Assembly (NCBI GenBank): GCA_002104945.1
Contig: MCFH01000028.1
Coordinates: forward strand, 186,001-250,000
Length of the DNA: 64,000 nucleotides
Source: Piromyces finnis finn
Lineage: Eukaryota > Fungi > Neocallimastigomycota
Reading direction: 5' to 3'
Shown here one piece after another: positions 14,399 through 27,300 of the stretch. Made by a program: the position numbers and the translations under genes. The notes below the pieces were generated by a model that saw nothing but the letters and a program-made list of their open reading frames with translations, ran no database searches and was not told the DNA's origin. Numbering within the stretch: the stretch's first letter is position 1; each line of letters begins with the position of its first letter.

Positions 14399-17300
14399 TT
14401 TTTTAAACTATATTAATATTTATTTTTGTTTTTTGTTTTTTTTTTAATAGATCTAGTCTTTTATCTTAAATATTTACACGCTTATACATATATTTTAGTT
14501 TTTGTTTTAAAATATACAATTAAAATATATATTAAAAATTTAAATTATAAAAAATTATTAAAATATATTTATATAATATACTTACAATAAGTCTTTATCT
14601 ATATAATATTAAATTTAATACAAAATTTGCTCTTTATTTCTTTAAATTATTTTATTAATTATATCTCTTTTAATAACTGTTTAATAAATCTTTCATATGA
14701 ATAGGTGTATGATGTTTGAGATTTCGTTTTTTGTTAATACTTTTTAAAAAGAATTGAGTTATATATTTTACAGAATAAAAATTTAAATGAAAAATTTAAT
14801 CTTGAAGTAAATTGTTAAAAAAAGACAAAAAGATAGTGTTTAAGAGAGTACAATAAAAAAAAAATAAAAGAATTAATTCAAAAAGTTATCATTTAATTTC
14901 CTTTTTATAGATTTATAATTTTCTTTTATTGTAACTTTCTAAATATATATTTAATTGTATAAAAAACGTCTTTTAAGAATTTCATAAAAAATTCGAATGT
15001 AATAAAAAAAAAAAATCTTTTTTAAAAAAAAAAAAGTATTTTAAAAATTATTTAAAATGATTGTTTTTTCCTTCTATTTTTAAAAAAACAATTTTAATTA
15101 ATAATATTCACTTTATATTAGTTTATTCTTTGTAATATTATCATTTATTTGAATTGTATATTAGGATATATATGAAATATAATCGTTATTATTTTGTGAT
15201 ATTATTTAAATATATTATTTTTCAGATTGTTTTTACTTTTCCGTTTTGTTTTTGGTTTTATTTGTCTAATTTTTTCAAAAAAAAAAAAATTAATTTACTT
15301 TGATAAGAAAAATAATTTTTTTTTTTTTTTAACTGCTTTTTTTCTTTATAGTGATATTTTATTAATTATCATAATTGTTTTCCAATATATTTAAAAAAAA
15401 AAAATTACTTTTCTTTAAAATATATTTTTAATTGTATTGATCATTTTATTTTGGTTTTTAATAATTTCTTTTTTTTTTCTTCCTTTTTATAATATTACTT
15501 TTTTAAAAATATAAAAAAAAAATAAAAAAGTACTTTTTTTTCTTTTTTATAGTTTTATAGTATTTTTAAATCTTTTTTTTTTTTTTTTGTATCCTTTATT
15601 ATTATATCTTAAAATGTTCTCTATATAAGTTTCTTTTTGAAAAGTGAGAATGACAAATTTAAAAAGAAAAACTTTCCTTATTTCTTCTTTATAAAGAAAA
15701 GAACACACTAAGAAGATAATAATAATAATAAAAAAGTATTGACTATAAAAAAAAGATATATAAAATAAAATAGTATATAGATGAAGAAAAAGATATAAAG
15801 TATTATTTAAAAAAAAAAATAATTTCTTTTTCTTTTCACTATTTTACTACTTTTTGAGATGGTTTCTTTTAAATTATTAAAATAAAATAAAAAAAAAAAG
15901 AAGAGAATTTTTTTTTTTTTAGTTTCATGCTTTTTTTTCTAATCTTTAAAATTTTAATATAAAAAATGAGATAAATTTTTATTATAAATTAAAGTTTATT
16001 ATTATGATGAATAGAAGATAAAAAAAATCTTTGAATCTTATTAAATAATAAAATCTTAAATTTTAATTTATTGCACTATTGACTATAATGATAATATATA
16101 CAAACAATATAAAAATAATATATATAATATTAATTAATTTAACAAATAATATGGAATAGAGTTTAAATGCTACTATTCTTCTTTAAAATAGTAAATGAAT
16201 GAATAATTAGTAATCTAATAAATATATAATTGTAAATAAATAAATGGATAAATAAATTTAATTATACACTAAATTTGCTGACTTTTTTAGTGTATAATTA
16301 AAAAAGTGAAAAGGATAGGATGTTATGAAGCTAATAATGATTTTAACTATCATTAAGTAGGATAATAAAGGGTAAAGTAATAGAGTAATACTACGATAAA
16401 ATATTATAAAGTAATCTTTGAATTTCTTATAGAATGATTACTAATTATATATTAAATCATCATTATTCTCCATTCTCTTATTCAATAATATAAAAAATAT
16501 TCTATATTAAATAATCTATTTTAATATAAAATATTATAAAATATTATAAAATATTGGTTTAATTTATTTCTCTTCCATTCATAATAAAAAAATAAAAAAG
16601 AAATCTTTAGTAATATTTATGTTAAAAAAAGCAAAAGAATAAAAAAAAACCAGAATCTATTTTAAATATTTTTTTTTACTTTCACCTTTCTTAAACATTA
16701 TAAAAAAGATGGGTTTTTCTTTACTTTTACTGCTGTTACTTTTAAATCCATCTATCCACTTTTTTATTCTTTTATAGAATAGAATATTTTATAAAGTATA
16801 TTAACAATAGAATTGATATATTAAATAATATAATATTATTATATATTTAATATAAAATTAAATTTGATAAATTATCCTTTATTTAATTTATTTTAAATTA
16901 ATGAAATTTCTTGGGAAAATAATAAAATTAAATTATTGATGACTATATATTGAAATATACTATAATATATGTATTATAAAAACAATTATAAAATATATTT
17001 AAAATAATGGTGAATGATAGCAACAGCATATAATAATAATAGTGATAATAGTGTAATGATAATAATAGTAATAGAACTTTTTGTATAATTATTATCAGTG
17101 GTATTGTTATTGTTCTTATATTTATATTATTATCAACTATTATTTTTTAGAGTTAGACTATTGACTTTATATCCTTTTATCATAACAAGTACTTATAACA
17201 TAATAAGATTAAAAAAAAAAAAAAGATGACTAATACAAGAACAAGGAAAGTTCTACGGTTCATTCTTATTATTTATTAATTATTATATAATTATTATTAT

Positions 17301-18800
17301 TATAGTAGAAGAGTGAGTCATTTATTCTATGAGATACATTACATTATAATATATTATTGTTTAACGTATTAAGTTGTAAAAGATGTAAAATACAAAAAAA
17401 ACACATCATTCCCTAATAGATGATATTTTAATATAATATTAATTTTACATATATTAATATATTAATGAATGGTTTTAAATTAATATAAATATAATATTAC
17501 TATATCATATAGTGTCCCATATATTACAATATACTTAAGTAGTATGTATTATAAATTAATATATTTCAAATTAAATTTTATTGATCACAAATAAATTTAA
17601 TTTAATTAAATTTTTTATTTATATTATTAAATAAAGTTTATATTGTGGTAATATCAAAATGGATTAATTACTTTTAGAGAGTACAAAATAAGTATAAAAA
17701 CTTTATTTATTATTATAAAATGACATCATCATCGCATGACCCTTTATGAGAGCCATCATAAAAATTAATAGCTGAAATTTGGCCACTATAAAAAAATTTT
17801 TTCTTCCTAAAGTTTTTGAGTTGTAGTATTGGACTTTCATTGGACTTTAGGGGAAAAAGACAAACAAACAAAATGTTAAAAAGAAGTTACTGTTAATTAG
17901 TAGGAAGAAGAAAACAAATTATTACTATTAACTATTAAAAAATAAAACTAATTTTAAATAAATTTTTTAAGGAAAAAAAAATCTATAAACTATGCCAATA
18001 AGCTTTTATTCACTCTATAAAAATTAATAAATCTTAATTAAATAGTATTATTATTATTATTTTAAATAGTTGAAATGAAACAAATTAGAATATAAACTTT
18101 GTAGACAACTTAATATTATAGTGTTCAAAAATGAAAGTTTTTTTTTTTTTGACCATAATTGAAACTAATTATTTTTTATTAAATTAAAAAAATATTGTTT
18201 CATTTTTCATGTTGCTGTTGTTTATGAGAAAAAACAAAAGTTGATCATTAATTTTTGCATGTTTACCACAAAAAAAAACTGTAATTTTATTATTGCTGTT
18301 GTTGTTGATTATGGTTGTTGATGTTACCAAATATATAAAAGTATGAATGTCTACCGCATTTGACTTTTTTTTTTTTTTAACATTTTAAAGTTAAAAATGT
18401 GGTTATTAGATTAATTTCCTTTTTTTTTCCAACTATTTTACTGTGTACTGTGTATAAATACTCAAAAATTATTCTTTAACATTTTGAATGAAATATTTTA
18501 ATTTTTATGGTATTGACGTTCATACTATATGATAATGACGGTGTAAACTGTAAACTTTTTTAAAAAGCATTATGAAAACAAAATTATACATAAAAAAATA
18601 GTTTCATGTCACTTTATATTCTGTTCTTATTGTAATTCTAATTAATAAATATATACATATATTTTAATTACTTATGATGTAAATGGCTTCTATTATTAGT
18701 AATAAAAATAGTTTTATTAAGAGTATTACTAAAGTAAAAGTATTAGGTATTAGTGACCTAAGCTAGAAGTAAGTATTAAAAATATGGTGAATATAATGAG

Positions 18801-18820
18801 TAATAATAATAATATAATAC

Positions 18821-18852
<32 letters not shown>

Positions 18853-18955
18853 GTATTAGTAGTAGTAGTAGTAGAAGTAGTAGTAGTAGTAGTAGAAGTA
18901 GTAGAAGTAGTAGTAGTAGTAGTAGTAGTATTATTATTATTATTATTATTAGTAT

Positions 18956-18987
<32 letters not shown>

Positions 18988-19075
18988 TTACTAGTAAGTA
19001 TTACTATTACATTTACTACTCACTATTATTACTAGCACTATTACGTATCACTAACATTCACTACCTACTACTATT
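18801..19075. repeat. Compound trinucleotide microsatellite (AAT/TTA/GTA) followed by a degenerate (CTA/ACT) arm
   Basis: Seen directly in the sequence; it produces the spurious poly-L/V ORF 18784-19035. Confidence 0.95.
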
Positions 19076-20671
19076 TCTTTTTTTTTAATTAATTAAATTA
19101 ATTAGAATATCACCTTTTTTTGGTGTTTGTTTATTTAATTTCATTTTTTAATTTCATTTTTTATTTGTATCATATTTTAATTTAATATTTATGACTTTAC
19201 AACAATGGTTGAATTTGTTTCAAAAAAAAATTAATAAAAAATTTAATTAATTTATTATAAAATAAGATTTATTAATGGAAAAATAAAAAATATTAAATTT
19301 GGACTTTTATGGTTAAAATTTGAAAATAATAAAATGATTTAATATATAAAAAATGGTGACAAAAAAAAAAGACCAGAAATTGTGACAAGTAAACTTTGAA
19401 CAGAAGAAATAAAAATATCGTTTACTTAAAAGGAATTAAGAAAAAATATGACTAGGATGTCAACGTCAACTAAAATAAAAAAAAAATTAATATAGTAATA
19501 TAAAATAAATAATAAAATATTAAAAATATTGATTTATTTATCATACAAAATGAAATAGTATATAAAAAAAAAAAAAGATGAAAGATTCTTTTTAATAGAT
19601 TGATATTATTTTGAAATATGATGAAGCATGACTTTTTTAATTTAAAATTGATAAAGCGAACATTTGCTGATAATAATGTGTGATAAATTGAATAAATTTA
19701 TTTATATTTATAGATTTTTATTCATTTACTTTTATTTATATATTTTTATTCATTTATTTGTATTTTTATTCATTTACTTATATTTATATTTATATATGAG
19801 TCATTAAAAAAGGTAGCACATAGCACATAGACAATTCATTCATGTGCTTATGTATAAGCTAATATTAACTAATGTTTACCATAACTATTAAATATTATTA
19901 ATATATAGATAAATATTAATTGATTATAATTAATAAATAATTGATATTCGATAAACTATATAAAAAAAATATGAATAAAATATAAAGTATATTTAAATGA
20001 ATAACTTTATATGCTAAAAACAAAAATATAATATAAAATAGAGATATCTTCTTTATTTATATATTCATTAATGAAATTTTAGCATCTATCTATTTATAAA
20101 AGTCCAAATTACCAACAGATTTTTAATAATTGTATGATTATGAATAAAATAAAGCTATTATTTTTTTTCATTATATATATAGCTTTAATATGAAGGAACA
20201 AAATAATATCTAAAATAATTAAAACTATAATTCAACTACTACTATTATTTATTTATTCTAAAAATTTTATATAGTGATATTAGATTATACATAGTATACT
20301 TTAATAATGAAATTAATCAACAAATTATTCTTTATTTTCTATACATTTTATTATTATTTGTAGTAAGAATCATGTCTAAATATAATCTTTTGATGAATAA
20401 TAAATAATCTAGTCATAAATTATTATTTTTTTGTTTTTATAATGACAATAAAATTATAAAAAAAAACTTTATTATTTAAAAAACTTTATTTTCTTTGATA
20501 TTGTTTATTAAAAAAAAAAAAAAAAAAAACTTTTTTGATGCTTAGGTTTTTTTTAAAAAAAAAAAAAAATCATTACTGTTTTACTTTTGTAATAACTTTT
20601 ATAGATTAACACTTTAATTTTTATATAGAGTATATATACATTATAGATATAAATTCATATAACTTAATATA

Positions 20672-21157
20672 ATGGATTCAGAATATCTTAAAGACACTGT
20701 GGGACCCATTCTTTCAGAAGCCATTGGAAATATGGTTTTGTATGGATTATCAAAAAATACAGATCCAATTGTTTATGTTGCAAATTATTTACTTCATCAT
20801 AAGGTTACAGAACGAGTGATTAAGGAAGATTTGGACAAGGAAAATGAAGTTAAAGAAATGTTTGATCATTATGAGAAAAAAATGGAAAATTTCAATATTA
20901 TTAAAAAGCAAAACTTTGAAGAATTAAAAATTGCTACTCAGAAACGTCTTCAAAAGGTTGAAATGGATTTACAAAGAGAAAAGGAGGAATTAGAAAATGA
21001 AAAATTAAAAAAGGCTAAAGAATTAGAACAGCAACAACAAGAAGAAGAAGGTCAAGGTGAAGGTGGTACCGGTGAAAATGGTGGTGATAAACAAGGAATA
21101 AAGGAGGAAGAGGAAGAAGAGGAGGAGGAGGAAGAAGAGGAAGAAGAAGAAGAATAA
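20672..21157 (+). CDS. Dpy-30 motif protein (DYDC1/2-like, probable radial-spoke/axonemal component) with coiled coil and poly-Glu tail
   Basis: Intronless 161-aa ORF. The N-terminus MDSEYLKDTVGPILSEAIGNMV...DPIVYVANYLL matches the Dpy-30/RIIa-like dimerisation motif of DYDC proteins. Confidence 0.78.
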   Translation: MDSEYLKDTVGPILSEAIGNMVLYGLSKNTDPIVYVANYLLHHKVTERVIKEDLDKENEVKEMFDHYEKKMENFNIIKKQNFEELKIATQKRLQKVEMDLQREKEELENEKLKKAKELEQQQQEEEGQGEGGTGENGGDKQGIKEEEEEEEEEEEEEEEEE

Positions 21158-21816
21158 ATTGATATGAAATAAAAAAAAATTTTTTTTCTAATTATAAATG
21201 ATTAGAATGTAAAATCTTTTAAATATATATACAATCAAGAGTTCATTAAAATATCTATATATTTATAAATATATAGATAGATAAATAGGAAGTCAAAAAA
21301 AAAAAAATAGAAAAAAGAAAAAAAAAAAAAAGAAAAGAAAAAACATTAATAATACTACTAATTAAAATACGCATATATACACATTGCATACATTGCATGT
21401 TCACATACTTTCACACATAGATACATACATAGATACATACATACAACGCTTATTTACCTATATAATATAATATTCTATTATTAATAAAACATCAGCATTT
21501 TAACATAAATTACTTAGTTTTTTTTTTTTCTTTCCATCATTTCTAACATCCATTTTATTTCTCAAATTTGATATAATTATATAATTATATTTAAGTTTTT
21601 TTTTTTTTTTTGTAAAAACTATTTCCTAATTAAAAAAAATTATTAATTTAATTCAAAAAATGTCAATTCAAACATTCTTTACTCTTTTCATCTACCTAAT
21701 AATAATATCATTTAATTTTAATAGTTAATCATGTGTTTTGTTTTTTTTTTTTTAGTGTGTATGTGTGTGTTTGTTTCTTCTTCTTTTGTTATCTCATTCA
21801 TTACTTTTAAAAAAAT

Positions 21817-21860
21817 TATATAAACTAGTAGAAGTTATATAACTTTTACTAGTTTATATA
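21817..21860. repeat. 44-bp near-perfect palindrome
   Basis: tatataaactagtagaagttat|ataacttttactagtttatata: 22-bp arms, one G/T mismatch, no loop. Confidence 0.95.
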
Positions 21861-21894
21861 TTTATAAAATACATTAAATGCAAATGCATTAAAA

Positions 21895-21925
<31 letters not shown>

Positions 21926-22460
21926 TAAAAAATACAAAGTAACTATTATAAAAAAGTATCCTTTTTAAAGTATTATTTATATTCATTAATAGTAAAAGAC
22001 CTTTTGTATTTATTAAATAAACTTTTTTGTTAAAAATTTTTTAATTTATTTTTTTTTAATTACTATAATTAATTTTTATGTAAAATTATATTTTATTTTA
22101 TTTTAACATACAAATTATTAAAAAAAAAAAAAAAAGCAATAAAAAGGGAATTATTCAAAAAAAAAAAAAAAAACAAAAAAAAAACAAATAACAGAAAATT
22201 ATTATATATCAATCAACAAAGGATTTTCTTTTCTTTTTACATCTCTATTCATTTATAAAATAATATTTATATATATGCAAATCAACATTATACAAATAAA
22301 TATAATATAAATTTTTTAAAAATAAAATTAATCAATTTGAATATTGTTTAAACCTCAATAGTATTAAAAAAAAAAAAAAAACTTGATATTTCCCTCTTAC
22401 TCTATCCATTATACCTATTTATTTATTTATTTATTCGTTTATTCATAAAATAATACAACC

Positions 22461-23024
22461 ATGGTTTTAGTATTAGTTATTGGTGATTTTCATATTCCAC
22501 ATCGTGAAGTTAGTTTACCAGAAAAATTTAAAAAACTTTTAGTTCCTGGAAAAATTCAACAAATTGTTTCAACAGGAAATTTATGTAATAAAGAAACATT
22601 CGACTATTTAAAAACTGTTGCATCTGATATTCATGTTGTTAAAGGAAACTTTGATGAAGTAGGGAAATTAACTGATACTAAAATTATTACCCATGGTCCA
22701 ATTACTATTGGTGTAGAACATGGTCATCAAATTATTCCATGGGGAAATCTTGAATCATTATCTATTGAAGCTCGTCGCCTTAACGTTGATATTTTTATTT
22801 CAGGTCATACCCATAAATTCCAAGCATTTGAACATGAGGGAAGATTCTTTATTAACCCTGGTAGTGCAACAGGTGCCTACTCTGAATTACAAACAGAAAA
22901 ACCTATTCCAACTTTTGTATTAATGGATTTACAAGGTTATAATGTCACCATATATGTTTATCAACTCATTGATGACAATGTTAAAGTTGAAAAAATTGAT
23001 TACATTAAGAAAAAATTTGATTAA
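22461..23024 (+). CDS. VPS29: Vacuolar protein sorting-associated protein 29 (retromer subunit), intronless
   Basis: 187 aa, colinear with the human/yeast family: [13 protein letters not shown]...LLVPGKIQ...TGNLC...HGHQIIPWG...ISGHTH...[10 protein letters not shown]...FVLMD. Confidence 0.97.
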   Translation: MVLVLVIGDFHIPHREVSLPEKFKKLLVPGKIQQIVSTGNLCNKETFDYLKTVASDIHVVKGNFDEVGKLTDTKIITHGPITIGVEHGHQIIPWGNLESLSIEARRLNVDIFISGHTHKFQAFEHEGRFFINPGSATGAYSELQTEKPIPTFVLMDLQGYNVTIYVYQLIDDNVKVEKIDYIKKKFD

Positions 23025-24301
23025 ATATTTTAAAATCAATAATTTACCCCACCAACCAACAAAATAAATAAATAAGAATTATAAATACCATAAACATTTA
23101 ATTTAATATAATAATTCATATCGAATATTTATTAATTTTAAAAGCATTGTAATAAATAAATGAATAATAATGAAAAGTTATATAAGCGTTTAAATTATTA
23201 AATTAAAAAAAAGTATAATTGTAATAGCTTTTTTTTTTTCTTTACAATTTAATTATCTTTAAGTAAATAGATAATTTTAAATAAATATATTAATATTGTT
23301 ACATTGTAAATTAATTGAAAAAAGAAAAAAAAAAGAAAGAAAGAAAGAAAAATGGAACATCCTCATTTTAGAATTAATAAAAATAAAAATCAATAGTTTT
23401 TTTTTAATAATATTATAGGCTATACTATAGCTATATATATTCATTCATGTCAATATCTTCATTATTTCTTTTTAATTATGTTCTTTGTTATATAATAATT
23501 TTTTGAATAAATGATTATCAATAAATAATACAACTAATAATATTTTTACATTGAATTTGCGTAAACCAAAATAAAAAAGGTGTTAAAGTACTCAAAGTAA
23601 AAAAGAAAAGAAAAAAAAAAGGCTATTAAAGAATTTTATTATTTTTCAAGTCTATTGATAATATTGAGTTTTTCAATATTTCTTTTTTCAATAACATTTA
23701 AAGTTTTCCTTCTTTCCATTTATAAAAATAAGAATTAATTCATTGTTAATAATAATTGACATTTTTTTTTTTTTTTTTTTAAATAGAATAGTTAATCATC
23801 ATACATATTTGTATGTTTATATCCTTTTCATCTTTAACCTTTATTAATTAATAATTATAAATGTGCTTTCTTTTTCCCTTTTCTTTCCTTTCCTTTTTTT
23901 TTTTTTTTTTTCTCACTATTTTTATTAATATTAAAATTTTCAAAAAAAAAGTGTATTACATTAAAAATTGGATTTGGAGAAATTCAATTATTTAAAAAAA
24001 TTTACTTTATTAATAAAATTAAAATTTTTTTGATATATCTTTTTTTAAAATAAAGAATTACTAAACTATTACTATCATTACTACTACTACTATTCTATTA
24101 TTATTATTATTATCGTTATCGTTTTTATTTTATTTATTCATTAGTACTTATACTTTTTTTATTATCAATCATTTTCTAAAAAAAAAAAAACATTTTAAAT
24201 AAATAAATGGTTTATAATCTTTAAATTCAATATTTATAAATATATAAACTTTATATTAAAAAAAAAAAAAAGCATTTTATTTTTTCACATTACTTATATA
24301 A

Positions 24302-27300
24302 ATGAGTGGGTTGAAATTGAAATCTAATAAACATAAAAGTTTTGAAAACTATACAGGTAAAAAGAAAAAAGGAAATAGCCATAAATAATTAAAAATAAAT
24401 GGTTTTATTAGAATAATAAATTTTAGTGTATATCCTTAAAATTATACTCCAAATTACCATTTCATACTTTTTTTTTTTTCTTGAATAAAATTCTTTTTCA
24501 TTAACCTTGTCTACACTTGTTTATAAAATATATTTATATTGTTGTAACTACATTATATCATTATATTCATTATATATTCATTATATATACTATATATAAC
24601 CTAATTTCAATAAATTCTTAATATAAAACACTTTTTTATTACAAAACTTGATAACCCAACTGGACGAAATAAAATGTCGAAAATAAAAATAATGTATAAA
24701 ATAAAATAATAACTCTTGCATTATATTTATATGAATAATTACAATTAAAATTACAAAAATATTCAATTATTAAATCATTACCTCCATAAAAAATTCAATT
24801 TATATATATATATCCTATACTATTTGGGACTGTTTTTTTTCTTTTTTTTCAATATTTATATACATTATATATAAATATATGTTTTAATTATTTTATATTT
24901 ATCAACCATATAACCATATATGTGGATAATATAATATGTAATACTACAATATTTTTGTTCAACTTTTTTAAATGATAAATAAAAATTTCACCTGTTCTAT
25001 CACACTATCTTTTATACTTCCTCATATTATTGTTGTGTTGAAAATTATTTTTCTTGTTGTCTTTTAAATAATATAATTAAAAATCACTAAAAAAAAATTT
25101 TTAAATTTTGATATCTTCATTTTTATCAATTATATATAATTTCATAAAAAAAAAAAATTTTTTTTATATGAAAAGAAATTGAAATAATACACCCCAAGGA
25201 ACATGTTGAATCGACAATAGAAGCTCATAAAAAATATGTCAATGAATTATACACCATAGAATATGAATTTTCTAATAAGCTGAAACTCCTTTTAGAATAT
25301 TATAAATATCCATTAGAAAATTTGGTAGGAACAAGCAAACAAATTATTAATCAAAAGGAAATAGATTCAATATTTAAGGGTATTAGTGATATCTTTCAAT
25401 TGAGCTGGACTCTATGTGGTGAATTAAAAATTTTAATTCATTCTTACAATCATGGATATTCTAATTACTCTATCGCAGGACTTTTCCAAAAACATGCTAG
25501 ACAAATAAAAGATTGTTATGGAAGATACGCTTCTCGATATCTTTTTTCAATTGTTACCACTCACAATCTAAAGAAAATTAATCCAAATTTTAAAAAATTT
25601 TATAAAACAATAAAAAAAAAGTTTCACCTAAAAAAAGTTGAATTGAAAACGGCTTTTTACCTTCCTATCTATCAAATACAATCCTATTATGATATATTTT
25701 TAAGATTACAAAAAGGTACCACCCCTACCGATAAAAGTTATGAACTGGTTGAGGATGGAAAAGAATTTTTCAATGAATTGTCACTTCTTCTCAAGGAAAG
25801 TATGAAAAGATCTATAAAAATAAAGGAAGTTTATGCCATCCAAAAATCAATCAAAGAATGTCCTACATCCCTCATTCATCCTTACCGTATTCTTTATAAA
25901 CAATTTGAATCTATTACCGATGGTAATGACCCAACTTGTCTCATCCGTTTAGTTTTGTTTGATGACGTTATTGTCATCGCTAAAAAACGAAAACATCATA
26001 AAAGCTATACTTATGATCGTGCTGCTGATTACCATGTAATTCAACTGATTGATTCACCACAAACTGTTCAAGGCTATACCATTACCCTACTTATTCTTTC
26101 CCCCTTCAATGATTATAACGGTGATCCATTTAAAAAAGGAAATAATGGTGACAGCAAAAGTGTTGAAAGTCAGCGTAATGAAGAAGAAATATTAGCCCGT
26201 AGTGAAACTATTTCTAATGAAAAAAAATTCTCAAGATTCTTTTCATGGACCTTCAATCAAAATATTACTCGTTTAACCTTGGTGGCGGAAACAGAAGAAG
26301 GAAAAAATGAAATTTTAACGGCAATTCAAAAGCGGCTAAAACATCTAAAACCAAAGCCATTTGAATTTAATGTACTAGAAGCCATCGATAAATATAATTT
26401 CAAACAATCAATGGCTAATTTACCTCAACAAATATCACCATTACCAGATACATTAGGAATTTCCTTAACAGACGAAATATGTAATTCTCTTTACACCTCC
26501 ATACCAAAACGTTTACGTATTAAACGTAGTCTTACCCTTATTTACTCAATGCAACTTCATGGTTCAAGTTTAAGTACTTTTTACGAAAAAAGTTCCTCGG
26601 GTTATGGAAATGCTCAAATTTTGGTTATTCGCGATGTAGATGATAATATATTTGGAGCCTTTACAAGTGAACCCTTCCGAAAACAAAATGGTTTTTACGG
26701 TAATGGTGAAACCTTTTTATGGAAAGTAGATTCGGGTTCTGAAAAATCTCATAAACGTACTTCGAGTGGTCATATTAATTCTGGTAAGTATTTTTTTTTT
26801 TTTTTTTTTTTTTTAGCATTGTAATAAATTATTGATTTATATTGATGAAAATAAAAAAATAAAAATTGATTTCTTTTTTTTTAAAACCATTTTTAATCAT
26901 TAATTTTTTGACTATATTTTGTATATTGTATATGTATTATAAATTATTGTTATTAATACTAATTTCCATCTTTATCAATGGTAATTTTTAAATAAAGATA
27001 ATAGAAATTCAAAACGGATTAGTTCCATTTTTGATTCATTAAAAAATTCTTTTACACCAATAAATTCATCATCTAATAAAAGAGAAAGTTTATTACGACG
27101 TAGTTTTCAAAATAATATAAATAATATAACTGAAAATAAAAATGATAGTGGTATGGATAATGAAGATACTCAAAGTATCTTTTCTATAGAACGTAAAAGA
27201 TTTTCTAGAATGAAAAGTAATTTCTCTGCTTCAACCAATTCATCGACCCTTTCTTTATCCGGTAATGGTGGTAAAGTAAAACTATTTCTCTGGAAACAAA

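Noticed and set aside
18784-19035. Hydrophobic poly-L/V ORF resembling a membrane peptide
   Set aside because: It is a translation of the TTA/GTA microsatellite.
19810-19855. Imperfect hairpin acatagcacat...atgtgcttatgt
   Set aside because: An 11-bp bulged stem is within chance expectation for a 64-kb window.
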